From assembly GCF_963676065.1 (NCBI RefSeq), contig NZ_OY780933.1, positions 2,332,122 to 2,396,121 on the forward strand: DNA of 64,000 bases, in the 5' to 3' direction. Position 1 is the stretch's first letter. The number at the start of each line of letters is the position of its first letter. Of the stretch, positions 25,952-36,549 are shown piece after piece. Both the position numbers and the translations under genes were made by a program. The notes beneath the pieces were generated by a model. That model did no database searches, was not told the DNA's origin, and saw only the letters and a list, made by a program, of their open reading frames with translations. This DNA comes from Maridesulfovibrio sp. (GTDB lineage Bacteria > Desulfobacterota > Desulfovibrionia > Desulfovibrionales > Desulfovibrionaceae).

Positions 25952-27040
25952 TTAAACAGCCTTGGCAAATTCCAGCTTTTCTTCGGTTGGGAGCTGGTGC
26001 TTGAAGACCAGTCTCCAGAAGTCTTTTTCACTGGCCGGTTTCATGCTGTTCCGCAGGCGGGAACCGTATGAAAGCAGGGAAACAGGAAGTCCGCTTTCGT
26101 AAGATGTGTTAACCAGTGCGCCGAAGTTGCAGGCTTCATCCAGTTTAGTCCAGATGAGGCTTTTTACTTTGTCGGATTTAAATTTTTTCAGGAAGGCCGT
26201 GTATTGTGCCGGGGCGTAGTATGGATTGAGGACCAGATGTACAGCGAGATCGCATGGCCCGTGCATTCCGCAGGCGGCCAGCCAGCCTTCCAGTTCCGCA
26301 TTGCCTGATAGTCCGGGCAGGTCGATAAAAACCCGGTCAAATTTTTGGCTCTCGCCGATCAGCTTGGCGAAATCTTCACGGCTGGACAGTTCCCTGAATT
26401 CAAGTCCGGAAAGGTCGGCATAGTGGCGAAGGACGAGGCGTCCTTTTCCATGTCCCTGATCTGCAGAGGCAAGGCAGATGCGTGCTGCCGGATTTTCTTT
26501 CTTTTCCTTGAGGGCTAAGCGGATGATGGTTGATGTCTTTCCTGCGCCGTGCGGTCCGGCGAGGGCCTGCAATTTCTGGGGCCAGTTGCGTGAATCAAGA
26601 GCGCGTACCGGAGCGATCTTCTCAAGCTCAGGCAGGATAGCCATGGACTTGTCACCGCGCAGTTGCTGAAAAAGGTCGAGGATGACTTTATTCTCGACGC
26701 CTTCACGCTCAAGGTATTCCAGCGCAAGGCGCTGGCGGGGGGCCAGCAGGTTCAGATTCATTTGGGGCTTCAGAAGCGCCATCATGTGTCCCTTGATCTG
26801 GTTCCATTCCTGATTCCAGTCCGGGATGTTATTCATGGCGTCATCGAGAACTTCCTCGCGTGTCTCTGCTGCCGGAGCAGGGGCTTCCTGAGTGTCAACG
26901 CCGACCATGATCTCGTGGATCTTGCGTCCATCCTCTTCAACAGATTTGTTGCTGAGGATGATAGCGTCGTCGCCGAATTCCGCCTTGATTTCGGCGAAGA
27001 CCGCTGCAGTGCTGTTACCTCTGAATGTTTTTACCCGCAT
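25952..27040 (-). CDS. flhF: Flagellar SRP-type GTPase FlhF
   Basis: GPHGAGKTST, DLPG, TKLDE. Confidence 0.9.
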   Translation of the reverse strand: MRVKTFRGNSTAAVFAEIKAEFGDDAIILSNKSVEEDGRKIHEIMVGVDTQEAPAPAAETREEVLDDAMNNIPDWNQEWNQIKGHMMALLKPQMNLNLLAPRQRLALEYLEREGVENKVILDLFQQLRGDKSMAILPELEKIAPVRALDSRNWPQKLQALAGPHGAGKTSTIIRLALKEKKENPAARICLASADQGHGKGRLVLRHYADLSGLEFRELSSREDFAKLIGESQKFDRVFIDLPGLSGNAELEGWLAACGMHGPCDLAVHLVLNPYYAPAQYTAFLKKFKSDKVKSLIWTKLDEACNFGALVNTSYESGLPVSLLSYGSRLRNSMKPASEKDFWRLVFKHQLPTEEKLEFAKAV

Positions 27041-27053
27041 GTTACCAACCTTT

Positions 27054-29141
27054 TTAAATCTCTACGGTTCCCGCAGACATGATTCTTACGCTTGCAGGAA
27101 TCTCTGCCTGCGATATTACAGGTATGTTAGGCAAGAAGCGTACCATCAGTTGAGCCAAGTGGCTTCTCAGCTGAGGAGCACAGAGAAGTACGGGCTGACC
27201 GTCAGTTTCAACTACACCTTCAGCCGTATTGTTGACACTTTGAATGAGCTGCTGGGCGCTGCCCGGATCAAGGGCCAGAAAGCCGCCTGTTTCGGAAGAA
27301 CGTATAGCTTCATTGAGCTTGTTATCCGCGTTGGGCCCGAAGGTCAGGATCGGCAGGCTGCCGTCACTGGCAAGGTAGGGCTTGATAATGGTCCGGCTCA
27401 TGTGGGAGCGCACGTATTCAGTAAGCTGGTTGGGGTCCTGAATGGAAGGACCGTAGTCAGCCAGAGCTTCAACAATGGTCAGCAGGTCACGGATGGAAAC
27501 ACTTTCGCGGACAAGGTTCTGGAGCACTTTCTGAACCACGCCCAGAGAAAGGATGTTGGGTACGAGATCCTCAACTGCCTTGGGAGCGCGCTTGGAAAGG
27601 TTATCCAGCAGATCCTGTGTTTCCTGTCTGCCGAGGAATTCACCGAGGTTGCGGCGGAATACTTCGGTAAGGTGGGTTGCAATAACCGTTGAAGGATCGA
27701 CAACAGTGTATCCTGCGAGCATTGCTTCTTCCTTCTGGGTATCTGGAATCCAGATGGCGGGAAGGTTGAATGCGGGCTCGACGGTTTCGATACCTTTAAT
27801 TCTGTGTTTGGCATCGCCCGGGTCCATGGCCAACTGGTGGTCGATAAGGATTTCCGCGGAGGCCACAGCGTTGCCTTTGATGATTACGCGATATTCACCG
27901 GGTTTAAGCTGCAGGTTGTCACGCAAATGCAGTGACGGAATAATGACACCCATGTCCAAAGCGTACTGTCGGCGGATGGAGCGGATGCGCGAGAGCAGGT
28001 TTCCGCTCTGTTCTTCGTCCACCAGCGGTATAAGTCCGTATCCGACTTCCAGTTCCAGAGAGTCGAGAGGCAGCAGGGCCTGAACTTCTTCTGGGCTGTC
28101 CAGTGCAGGCTGGTCCGCTTTGGCTTTTTGGGCCTTCTCTTCTGTTTTCTGGTCCTCTGCTTCAAGATCACGACCGAGCATGGATACAGCGTAGATCAGG
28201 GCTGCAAGGGTCAGGAACGGTATGGTGGGCATGCCCGGAACTATACCGAATACGATGAGGATAATTGATACCAGTTTAAGTGCCCGGGAGTGAAAAGTAA
28301 GCTGACCGATGAACTCTTCACCCATCTTGGCTTCAGCTGCCGCGCGGGAAACAATAATACCGGCGGAAGTAGAAATAATAAGTGAAGGGATGGTGGAAAC
28401 GAGACCGTCACCGATAGTCAGCAGGGTGTAAGTCTGTGCGGCGTCTGTCCAAGCCATGTTTTTCTGCAGTACACCGATAAGAATTCCGCCGATGATGTTG
28501 ATGGCGGTAATGATCAGGCCCGCGTTAACGTCCCCCTGTACGAACTTACCGGCACCGTCCATAGCACCGTAAAAGTCAGATTCGCGGCGCAGGTTCTCAC
28601 GCTGGCCTCTTGCCTCGTCTTCATCAATCAGGCCGGAGTTGAGGTCCGCCTCAATAGCCATCTGTTTACCGGGCATGGCATCAAGGGTAAATCTTGCGGC
28701 TACTTCTGCGATACGTGTTGTACCGGATACGATAACGGTTTTGTTCAAGATGAACAGGATCATGAAAATGACAATACCGATTACGTAGTTACCACCGACA
28801 ACAAATTCACCGAAACTCTGAATAACGCTACCCGCTGCCGAAGTACCTTCATCACCGTGCAGCAGGATGGCACGGGTGGTGGCAACGTTCAGTGCCAGCC
28901 GGAGCAGTGTGGTAACCAGTAATAATGTAGGGAAGATGGAAAATTCTAGAGGAGACTGCAGAAACATGGAGGTAATCAGGATTACCAGTCCCAGTGAGAT
29001 ACTGACACTGAGCATGAAGTCGATAAACATCGTAGGCAGTGGGATGAGCATGACGAAGAGAATAACAACAACTCCGCCCGCGAGAAGGATATCGCCCTGT
29101 TTGGCAAATTTCTCATAATTTATCGCTTTTGATGTAGCCAT
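27054..29141 (-). CDS. flhA: Flagellar export gate protein FlhA
   Basis: 695 aa. N-terminal TM domain with FPTLLLVTTLLRLALNVATTR. Cytoplasmic C-domain. Confidence 0.95.
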   Translation of the reverse strand: MATSKAINYEKFAKQGDILLAGGVVVILFVMLIPLPTMFIDFMLSVSISLGLVILITSMFLQSPLEFSIFPTLLLVTTLLRLALNVATTRAILLHGDEGTSAAGSVIQSFGEFVVGGNYVIGIVIFMILFILNKTVIVSGTTRIAEVAARFTLDAMPGKQMAIEADLNSGLIDEDEARGQRENLRRESDFYGAMDGAGKFVQGDVNAGLIITAINIIGGILIGVLQKNMAWTDAAQTYTLLTIGDGLVSTIPSLIISTSAGIIVSRAAAEAKMGEEFIGQLTFHSRALKLVSIILIVFGIVPGMPTIPFLTLAALIYAVSMLGRDLEAEDQKTEEKAQKAKADQPALDSPEEVQALLPLDSLELEVGYGLIPLVDEEQSGNLLSRIRSIRRQYALDMGVIIPSLHLRDNLQLKPGEYRVIIKGNAVASAEILIDHQLAMDPGDAKHRIKGIETVEPAFNLPAIWIPDTQKEEAMLAGYTVVDPSTVIATHLTEVFRRNLGEFLGRQETQDLLDNLSKRAPKAVEDLVPNILSLGVVQKVLQNLVRESVSIRDLLTIVEALADYGPSIQDPNQLTEYVRSHMSRTIIKPYLASDGSLPILTFGPNADNKLNEAIRSSETGGFLALDPGSAQQLIQSVNNTAEGVVETDGQPVLLCAPQLRSHLAQLMVRFLPNIPVISQAEIPASVRIMSAGTVEI

Positions 29142-29208
29142 GATTTTGACACCCCTTTCAGGTCTATTTTACTGTGGCATTTTAACCCCGGAAGAGGTGT
29201 ACAGGCCT

Positions 29209-30270
29209 TTATTTGCGGGTAAATTTATTCAGTTTCGCAAGTATCGCCGCAACAGCCTTATAAAGTTCTTCCGGAATGATGTCACCGATCTCAACCTGTT
29301 TATACAAGGCCTGTGCCAAAGGTTTATTTTCTCGAATTGGGACTTTGTTTTCGCGGGCAACGTCCTTAATGCGTTCTGCTACTTTATCCATTCCCTTCGC
29401 TAGAACAAGCGGCGCGGGAGCTACCAATGGATCATATTTCAAGGCGATGGCGAAGTGTGTGGGGTTGGTGATGACTACGTCCGCGTTGGGCACTTCCGCC
29501 ATCATACGTTGCTGAAGGATTTCCATCATTTTTTGTTTCTGCTGCTGCTTTACTTTCGGGTCACCCTGTGACTGCTTATGTTCATCTTTGACTTCGTCCT
29601 TGGTCATCTTCATCTCTTCGTGATAATTGTAGCGTTGATACCACAGGTCTGCCAGAGCAAGAACCAGCATGGGCAGCATGGTATAGGTGACCATTTTATA
29701 TCCGATTTTCAGTATGTAAATAGCCAGCTGATGCGCATCCGTGTAGAAGAGTGGCAGGAAATTACCGACTTCATTCTTGATGACTAAGTAAGGGGCAATT
29801 CCTACGATAATCGCGAAAAGCATGCTTTTGATAAGTCTGATTGCTGTTTTGATGTCGAACATCAGCCTTTTCAGGCCCTGCATAAGATTAAACATCTTCG
29901 AAAATTTGGGCTTGAATACCTTTGTGGTCCACAGATGTCCAACCTGCAGACGCAGTACGATAAAAGCGATAAAAGCGATGAAGAGGAATAAAGGCAGCAG
30001 GATTGCAGCCAGTTTCTGAGAAGACCATTGGAACAGCTGGTAGACGGACTGCTTATCCAGTTGAGTAAAAATACCTTTGGTAAAGAACCAGTGGAAAATT
30101 TCATAGAACTGTTCGTAATAGTAGTCCATGATAACCCGCAGGCAGACGACTCCCGCAATGAGGGTCATGACCTTGCCCATCTCTTCACCTTTGGCGACAC
30201 TCCCGTCCCTACGGGCTTTATTCAGTCGTTTGGGGGTCGCCTTCTCGGTTTTACTAGGATCTTTAGACAT
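29209..30270 (-). CDS. flhB: Flagellar export protein FlhB
   Basis: KTEKATPKRL start. Autocleavage motif NPTH. Confidence 0.95.
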   Translation of the reverse strand: MSKDPSKTEKATPKRLNKARRDGSVAKGEEMGKVMTLIAGVVCLRVIMDYYYEQFYEIFHWFFTKGIFTQLDKQSVYQLFQWSSQKLAAILLPLFLFIAFIAFIVLRLQVGHLWTTKVFKPKFSKMFNLMQGLKRLMFDIKTAIRLIKSMLFAIIVGIAPYLVIKNEVGNFLPLFYTDAHQLAIYILKIGYKMVTYTMLPMLVLALADLWYQRYNYHEEMKMTKDEVKDEHKQSQGDPKVKQQQKQKMMEILQQRMMAEVPNADVVITNPTHFAIALKYDPLVAPAPLVLAKGMDKVAERIKDVARENKVPIRENKPLAQALYKQVEIGDIIPEELYKAVAAILAKLNKFTRK

Positions 30271-30281
30271 TAAGCCGCCTC

Positions 30282-31085
30282 CTAGTTGCCTATTGGCGGG
30301 CTTACCGGGCTGGCCGCCTTGATGATGCTCAAAAGATACGCCGGCATGTCGGCTACAAAATCGTGTACATGAATTGATAGAACGGTGAAGACAAGGCTGA
30401 GCACGAAAAATCCGGTTAAGATTTTAAGGGGAAATCCAAGCATAAGAACGTTCATCTGCGGGGCCATTTTACCGATCAAGGCGAGTCCGAGGTCTACAAC
30501 AAAGATGCTGGCAATGATGGGTGAAGCCACTTTAACCGCAAGTACGAACAGGTCTTTGGAAATCAACATGATCTGGCTGGTCAGGGTGGACGATATAAAA
30601 ACCTGCCCCGGTGGGATGTATTTAAAGCTCTCCACCATGGCTGACATCAGGTATAGGTGACCGTTGATGCTCAGGAAAACCAGAATTGCGCACATATATA
30701 GGAAGTGGGCGGTTACCGATTCATTTGTACCGGTTAATGGATCAAGGACGTTGACCATGGAAAATCCCATGAGTACGCCGATGAGGTTACCACCGGTCTG
30801 GATCGCTGCGAACATGACGTGAACGGATATCCCTATTATCAGGCCAAGTACCAGTTCGCCAAGTATCATTAGTGCGATGTTGTATGGGCTGGCCGGCATG
30901 AGGCTGCCGTCGAAAGAAACATGAGGCCATATTCCCAGCGTCAAAACAATGGTCAGCGCAGCCTTCACTGGATTTGGTATTGAGTTTCCCCCGAAAAAAG
31001 GCATTAAAAACAGCACAATACTTACCCTGAAGAGGGTAAGGTAAAAGCTCATAAGATCACTGGGATTGAAATCAAAAAAAGTCAT
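30282..31085 (-). CDS. fliR: Flagellar export protein FliR
   Basis: 267-aa polytopic protein directly upstream of flhB. Confidence 0.85.
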   Translation of the reverse strand: MTFFDFNPSDLMSFYLTLFRVSIVLFLMPFFGGNSIPNPVKAALTIVLTLGIWPHVSFDGSLMPASPYNIALMILGELVLGLIIGISVHVMFAAIQTGGNLIGVLMGFSMVNVLDPLTGTNESVTAHFLYMCAILVFLSINGHLYLMSAMVESFKYIPPGQVFISSTLTSQIMLISKDLFVLAVKVASPIIASIFVVDLGLALIGKMAPQMNVLMLGFPLKILTGFFVLSLVFTVLSIHVHDFVADMPAYLLSIIKAASPVSPPIGN

Positions 31086-31108
31086 GCTGTCCTCGTTTCA
31101 GATGAGTC

Positions 31109-31125
31109 TGCAAAATAGGGACCCA
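31109..31125 (-). promoter_or_regulatory. Possible sigma-54 promoter for fliR-flhBA
   Basis: The minus strand reads tgGGtccctattttGCa (GG-N10-GC, TTGCA -12 element). The -24 half is poor and the leader would be very short. Confidence 0.25.
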
Positions 31126-31211
31126 TTCTTGAAAATCTATTACCACCAAGAGAGGCGGAGAGCAAAGGGCGGCTCAAAGGAAAAGTTATTTTTTTTTGCA
31201 TCCGCTACAAT

Positions 31212-31247
31212 GAAAAAGGTCCGTAAAGATTTCTCTTTACGGACCTT
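31212..31247 (-). terminator. Rho-independent terminator after the M23 peptidase gene
   Basis: 13-bp stem aaggtccgtaaag/ctttacggacctt followed by a U-run on the minus strand. Confidence 0.7.
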
Positions 31248-31267
31248 TGCAGTTGATTTTATGCGCT

Positions 31268-32173
31268 CTAGTTCAGGATGTAGCGCATCGGGTTTACCGG
31301 AACTCCGCCGAGGCGCACTTCATAATGGACATGCGGTCCGGTGGAACGTCCTGTATTACCTGTGTAGCCGATAAGTTCGCCTCTGGTTACAACCTGTCCC
31401 TTCTTGACGATCTGCTGTTTCATGTGACCGTAACGTGTAGAGAGGTTTGCGCCATGATTGATTTTGATGAGCTTACCGTAACCGCCTTGCGTTCCTGAGA
31501 ACGAAACGGTTCCTTTAGCAGGTGCGTAAATGGGAGTTCCCATGGGGCAGGAGATATCTACACCTTTGTGGTATTCACGTTTTCCTGTAAAGGGTGAACT
31601 TCTCCAGCCGAAGGGGGAGGTTACCCAGCCTTCAGCAGGCCAGATGGACGGTGTGGCATCCAGCGCGTCCTGCTTGGAACGCATTGAATGGATGATTTCC
31701 TGCTGTCTAACTTCCTCAAGCTTGGCTTCAGTTCCGAGCTGGGCAAGGAAGTCATGCATTTTACGGACGAGGAGTTCCTGTCTGTAAAGGGGCAGGTAAT
31801 TGTTGGAAAAATCAGCTCCGGAAGATCCACCTTTGGGGGCGGTCTTTTGCACACTTCCCTGATCAAGATTGATCATTACCCGCAGTTTTGAGTCAAAGTT
31901 GCGGACCCTGTCGAGGTCCTGTGAAATATTCTGCATTTTCTGGGAAAGGGAAAGTAATTGCGCTTTCTGCTCTTGAACGGCCTTTTCCGCGTGGGCAAGG
32001 TTGTTCTCAAGGCCGGAATAATTCTGGTAATATTTCCATAAGTAAATGTTACCCCCGGCCAGACCTGCAATAAGTGCGAAAAAGAAGAAAAAGAGCCAGC
32101 CTCGCAGTTGGAATTTGCGGGCGTTATCGCAGGGATTTTTAAAAATTACTACGTGGTATTTCTTAAATAGCAT
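31268..32173 (-). CDS. M23-family peptidoglycan metalloendopeptidase (TM + coiled coil + LytM domain)
   Basis: HKGVDI...GHMK...TGRSTGPHVHYEV. Confidence 0.9.
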   Translation of the reverse strand: MLFKKYHVVIFKNPCDNARKFQLRGWLFFFFFALIAGLAGGNIYLWKYYQNYSGLENNLAHAEKAVQEQKAQLLSLSQKMQNISQDLDRVRNFDSKLRVMINLDQGSVQKTAPKGGSSGADFSNNYLPLYRQELLVRKMHDFLAQLGTEAKLEEVRQQEIIHSMRSKQDALDATPSIWPAEGWVTSPFGWRSSPFTGKREYHKGVDISCPMGTPIYAPAKGTVSFSGTQGGYGKLIKINHGANLSTRYGHMKQQIVKKGQVVTRGELIGYTGNTGRSTGPHVHYEVRLGGVPVNPMRYILN

Positions 32174-32247
32174 AATCGGTTGAAGCCTTGCTTTGTAATG
32201 ACGTTTATTTGTCTCTGATTAACAGGCGTAATTAATTTTAAAAATTT

Positions 32248-32997
32248 TTATGTTGTTTTCATATTTAAGTCAAGCTGCCAGCGCCTTAAAGCATTAAAAG
32301 TATTGTTTCTTGATCCGGGCATTTTGCGCCATTCCTGCTCCAGCCAGTTGTTTATTTCGCTGCGTTTGGTGTTGTCGTTGGATGGGCACTTATTGTTCCA
32401 GATGGGCAGTTCCCACTGACGGGCAGCCGCCTTGATATACTTCTTTTCGAGCATCAGGGTCGGACGGATAAGGTTAAGTTTTCCTTGAAAAAAAGATTCG
32501 TTGGCGGAAAGGCCCTGAACCCGTCCATTATGAAGCATGTTCATATGAAAGGTAGTAACCAGGTCGTCGGCAGTATGGCCGAGAGCCAGATGGGTCAGGT
32601 CGTATTGGTCACAGAGCTCGAAGAGTCTTTTGCGCCTTAATCTGCTGCAATAAAAACATGCCGATTTTTTTTTATTCTCAGGTCCATGGGCTCTAGGTCC
32701 GAAGTCTGTAAGCTCAATGTGTGAGGCCACTCCGTTTTCAAGGCACCATTTTGATAGCGGGTAATGACTGTCCGGGATGAAGCCGGGGTTGACGTGTAAC
32801 ACCATCAGTTCTATATTAAATGGTATAATGGCCTGTCTTATGAGCATGGTGCGGATGAGTACGAAACTGTCCACGCCTCCGGAAACGGCGATCCCGATGC
32901 GGTCTCCGTCCTTGATCATCTCGGTCTTCTGCATGAGCATTCCGACGGTTGATACACATTTTTTCTGGGCAAAGCTTAGTTTTCCCCATTTCGCCAT
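32248..32997 (-). CDS. ttcA: PP-loop ATPase, TtcA-like tRNA thiolation enzyme
   Basis: SGGVDS, CFYCSRLRR, ALGHTADDLVTTFHMNM. ATG at 32997 has a GGAG RBS; the ORF track starts at 33015. Confidence 0.7.
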   Translation of the reverse strand: MAKWGKLSFAQKKCVSTVGMLMQKTEMIKDGDRIGIAVSGGVDSFVLIRTMLIRQAIIPFNIELMVLHVNPGFIPDSHYPLSKWCLENGVASHIELTDFGPRAHGPENKKKSACFYCSRLRRKRLFELCDQYDLTHLALGHTADDLVTTFHMNMLHNGRVQGLSANESFFQGKLNLIRPTLMLEKKYIKAAARQWELPIWNNKCPSNDNTKRSEINNWLEQEWRKMPGSRNNTFNALRRWQLDLNMKTT

Positions 32998-33140
32998 TTT
33001 GGTTCTCCGAATCATGTTTAATAAGTAGTAGAAAAAAACAGTGTAATGTTTAATAATAATAGCAGACCGGAAATTCCAGACTGATTAGATGTGGATTATG
33101 CCTTAAAAGATATTGACATGCAAGCTTATGTCACATATAG

Positions 33141-34508
33141 TTGCAAATTGCTCCGTTGTTGAAGTGTCGTGAGTCTATTAATACCAAGGTGCTGTTTGTG
33201 CTGAAAAGGTTTTTATTTTTTTTGACTCTGGTCTCCATTGTTTGCGGAGCCTTTTATTTGAGTTCCCCGAAAAAATCGGTGGAGCGCGTTGAGCCTGTTT
33301 GGCCTGTTGTCGATGTGAAGCAGGTAGACAGGCTAGATGTGTGTCCTCAGGGAGAGGTCTGCTTTTCTCTTGTTCGCAGGGCGGACGGGTGGGGCGTAGT
33401 CCAGCACGGCTGGAATGGAACTCTTGAAGCCGACCCTGAAAAAGTGGAGACTCTTCTTAACGTACTGAAGCAGGATAAGGCCTTTCGATGTCTCGGTTCT
33501 GTCGAGGGCGGCAGTGTAGCAGAATATGGGCTTGAAAAGCCTCGTGTACGGATTGATGTAGGCGGGGGGCATGAGCAGACCGTTGTCGTCGGTTCCCGGA
33601 ATCCTTCGGGTGAAGGCTTTTACGCTCTAAACTCCAAGGCAAAAAACAGTTTATTTCTTATAGATAAAGATTTTGTGAGTCGCTGCGAATTTCCCGCAGA
33701 ACATTATTATAATTTATTCCTGTTACCGGGGCAGCCGGACAGTGTTCAATCTGTTTCACTTGGACACGGAGGTTCTGTTTCATGGACTCTTATCCGCAGG
33801 AAAGGCTCTTTCCAATTTTCTTTTCCGGCGCCGTTAAGCGGTAAAACCGCCAGTGACGGGGATGTGGATCTCTTTCTTCATTCCCTGCTTGAGGTTCCGG
33901 CCAAGGGACTTGTTGTCCACGGTCCGGGAGCTGACAGCAAACTTGCTGTCAATATTGAAATTTCCATGCCCGGAAATAAGGTCCAAACTCTTGAAGTTTT
34001 TGAACCTGACGGGGAAGACGGACTGTATACTGCCCGGTCTTCATCCCAAAGCGGTTTTTTTGTTTTAAGCAAAGAACATTTTGAACAATTGGATAAACAG
34101 GCTTTCGCCATGCAACAGCGAAATGTGGTTTCCGTTGCCACTGGAAAGCTTGGTTCTGTGAAGGTTGTTCAAGGCAACCAGACTTTTATCGGAGTTAAAT
34201 CCGATAAGAGTTGGATTAATTTTGAGGATAAAAAGCCGCTGTTGGGCATTGACATGTCACTTTGGCGACTTAATGAATTAAAATTCGAGGCGGAACCGGT
34301 GGCGACTCTTTCGGAAAGTTCCGAAAAAGTCATGGACCTGGACTTACTGGACGAAAACGGCGCTCGTGTCGTGAAAGTGTCCTTTTTTTCAGATCCAGAA
34401 CTTCCCACCGGACAATGCTGGCTCTCTCTGGGCGACGGCAGCGGATACTACCCTGTTTCCGATAAGCTGCTTGAAGACCTGCAGGGGCAGATCCCTCTCA
34501 GAAAATAA
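33141..34508 (+). CDS. Membrane-anchored DUF4340-like protein
   Basis: N-terminal TM helix and repeated beta-rich segments (YGLEKPRVRIDV, GSRNPSGEGFYAL). The start is uncertain (GTG at 33189 is possible). Confidence 0.5.
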   Translation: MQIAPLLKCRESINTKVLFVLKRFLFFLTLVSIVCGAFYLSSPKKSVERVEPVWPVVDVKQVDRLDVCPQGEVCFSLVRRADGWGVVQHGWNGTLEADPEKVETLLNVLKQDKAFRCLGSVEGGSVAEYGLEKPRVRIDVGGGHEQTVVVGSRNPSGEGFYALNSKAKNSLFLIDKDFVSRCEFPAEHYYNLFLLPGQPDSVQSVSLGHGGSVSWTLIRRKGSFQFSFPAPLSGKTASDGDVDLFLHSLLEVPAKGLVVHGPGADSKLAVNIEISMPGNKVQTLEVFEPDGEDGLYTARSSSQSGFFVLSKEHFEQLDKQAFAMQQRNVVSVATGKLGSVKVVQGNQTFIGVKSDKSWINFEDKKPLLGIDMSLWRLNELKFEAEPVATLSESSEKVMDLDLLDENGARVVKVSFFSDPELPTGQCWLSLGDGSGYYPVSDKLLEDLQGQIPLRK

Positions 34509-34548
34509 CCGGTCTTTGTACCGGTAAAACCATTGTGTTGGAGATAAC

Positions 34549-34770
34549 ATGGCAAGAGTCACCGTTGAAGATTGTCTGGCTGAGGTTGGTAACAGATTCC
34601 TTATTGTCCAGATGGCCATTAAAAGAGTGAAGCAGTACCGTGAAGGTTACACTCCTCTTGTTGAATCCAAAAACAAAGAAATCGTAACAGCTCTTAGGGA
34701 GATTGCGGCTACCAAAGTTATCCCCGAGAGCTACCACACTGCTGACGGAAAAAAGCCCGGCAGCGAATAA
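34549..34770 (+). CDS. rpoZ: RNA polymerase omega subunit
   Basis: [10 protein letters not shown]...[15 protein letters not shown]. Confidence 0.9.
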   Translation: MARVTVEDCLAEVGNRFLIVQMAIKRVKQYREGYTPLVESKNKEIVTALREIAATKVIPESYHTADGKKPGSE

Positions 34771-34773
34771 GCT

Positions 34774-35892
34774 ATGTCAAAACGTTGTTATTATGAAGTA
34801 TTAGAGGTTTCCAGGGAAGCCCAGGAAGGGGAAATTAAAAAGGCCTACCGCAAGAAGGCCATGGAATTCCACCCCGACCGTAATCCGGGTAACGCGGAAG
34901 CTGAAGAGAAATTCAAGGAAGCTGCAGAAGCATACGATATTCTGCGTGATCCTGAGAAAAGAAGTCGTTATGACCGTTTCGGCCATGAAGGCATGAACGG
35001 TATGAACGGCGGCTTTGGCGGATTCCAGTCTTCCGAAGATATTTTCGGTGCTTTCGGTGATATTTTCGGCGATATATTCGGATTTTCCGGCGGACGCGGC
35101 GCAAACCGCATGCAGGCCGGTTCCGATTTAAGGTATAATCTGACCGTTTCTTTCCGAGAAGCGGCCAAAGGTACCGAAGTCGAGCTGAATATCCCGGTTA
35201 CTGATACCTGTGAAACATGTGATGGAAGCGGATCTGAACCCGGAACTACTCCTGAAACCTGCTCCCATTGCGGCGGCAGGGGTGCAGTGGAACAGACTCA
35301 GGGATTCTTCCGCATATCTGTTCCCTGTCCTTCTTGTAACGGTCGGGGTAAGGTTATCACCAAGCCCTGTCATGACTGTCACGGCGCAGGATATGTGCGT
35401 AAGAAGAAGGACTTGAATGTCCGCATCCCTGCAGGTGTGGATAACGGTTCCCGACTGCGTCTGCGCGGTGAGGGTGAAGCCGGAATGAACGGCGGTCCTC
35501 ACGGTGACCTGTATGTGGTCATCACAGTTGAGCCGGATAAGGTTTTCAAACGTCAGGGACAGGATCTGGTTCTGAGTTCCGAGGTTACCTTTGTGCAGGC
35601 CGCACTTGGGTATAAGATGGAAATTCCCACCCTTGATGAGCCCATTGAAATGGATATCCCCAAGGGCACGCAAAGTGGTGAAGTTTTTCAATTGCGCGGA
35701 CTCGGTCTTCCTTATCTCGGCAGCTCCCATAAGGGTGACCTGCTGGTAGAGATCAAGGTCAAGACTCCTACCGGTTTAAGTAGCAGGCAGGAAGAGCTCC
35801 TCAGGGAATTTCAGGCTCTTGACGAAGAGAAGCCTATGAAAAAGGTCAAGAAGCTTTTCAAAAAAGCAAAAGATAAAGTGATGGGTGAGTAG
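34774..35892 (+). CDS. dnaJ: Chaperone DnaJ
   Basis: J-domain HPD, G/F region, four CxxCxGxG zinc motifs. Confidence 0.95.
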   Translation: MSKRCYYEVLEVSREAQEGEIKKAYRKKAMEFHPDRNPGNAEAEEKFKEAAEAYDILRDPEKRSRYDRFGHEGMNGMNGGFGGFQSSEDIFGAFGDIFGDIFGFSGGRGANRMQAGSDLRYNLTVSFREAAKGTEVELNIPVTDTCETCDGSGSEPGTTPETCSHCGGRGAVEQTQGFFRISVPCPSCNGRGKVITKPCHDCHGAGYVRKKKDLNVRIPAGVDNGSRLRLRGEGEAGMNGGPHGDLYVVITVEPDKVFKRQGQDLVLSSEVTFVQAALGYKMEIPTLDEPIEMDIPKGTQSGEVFQLRGLGLPYLGSSHKGDLLVEIKVKTPTGLSSRQEELLREFQALDEEKPMKKVKKLFKKAKDKVMGE

Positions 35893-36370
35893 CATGAGTG
35901 AGTTTTCCCACATTGATGCCGAAGGCAATGCTGTTATGGTAGACGTGGCCGCCAAGGCTGATACCAAAAGAACTGCCATCGCCAAGGGACGGGTCATCCT
36001 CAACGAGGAGACCTTCAATCTGTTGCGGAAGCAGGCTCTCCCTAAAGGGGATGCCCTTGCCTCTGCGAAGATAGCAGGCATCATGGGAGCGAAGGAAACT
36101 CATCGTCTCATTCCTCTTTGTCACCCCATTGCGCTCAGTTATGTTGATGTGCGTTTTGCCGTTAACGAAGCTGAGCTTAGCATTGAAGTGGAAGGCGAGG
36201 CCCGCTGTACCGGGAAAACCGGGGTCGAAATGGAAGCTTTGGTGGCTGTTCAAGTCGCCTGTGCCACCATTTACGACATGTGCAAGGCTGTACAGAAGGA
36301 TGTCATTATCACCGATGTACGACTCGTCTACAAAGAAGGCGGCAAGTCCGGGGTGTTTAAGGCAGAGTAG
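35885..36370 (+). CDS. moaC: Cyclic pyranopterin monophosphate synthase MoaC
   Basis: [14 protein letters not shown] and LIPLCHPI. Alternative start at 35894. Confidence 0.9.
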   Translation: MSSMSEFSHIDAEGNAVMVDVAAKADTKRTAIAKGRVILNEETFNLLRKQALPKGDALASAKIAGIMGAKETHRLIPLCHPIALSYVDVRFAVNEAELSIEVEGEARCTGKTGVEMEALVAVQVACATIYDMCKAVQKDVIITDVRLVYKEGGKSGVFKAE

Positions 36371-36394
36371 CCTTATAGTACTACGAACTATTAA

Positions 36395-36437
36395 AGCGGC
36401 GGGACTGAATTATCAGTCCCGCCGCTTTTCTTTTTTC
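36395..36437 (+). terminator. Rho-independent terminator
   Basis: 14-bp stem agcggcgggactga/tcagtcccgccgct plus a T-run. Confidence 0.8.
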
Positions 36438-36549
36438 AGCTACTTGCGTTTATTCATTAAAATGATTAGTTCGTAAACCAAAGACAATTCCCCTATTGAA
36501 TAGGGTCCTATTCAGTAGTTATGTAAATCTCAAAACAGAGGTTCGGTTC

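Noticed and set aside
26892-27692. 266-aa plus-strand ORF spanning the flhF/flhA junction
   Set aside because: It crosses an intergenic boundary antisense to two well-supported genes and has no motifs.
35128-35730. 200-aa minus-strand ORF opposite dnaJ
   Set aside because: It is a shadow ORF. The dnaJ frame is unambiguous.
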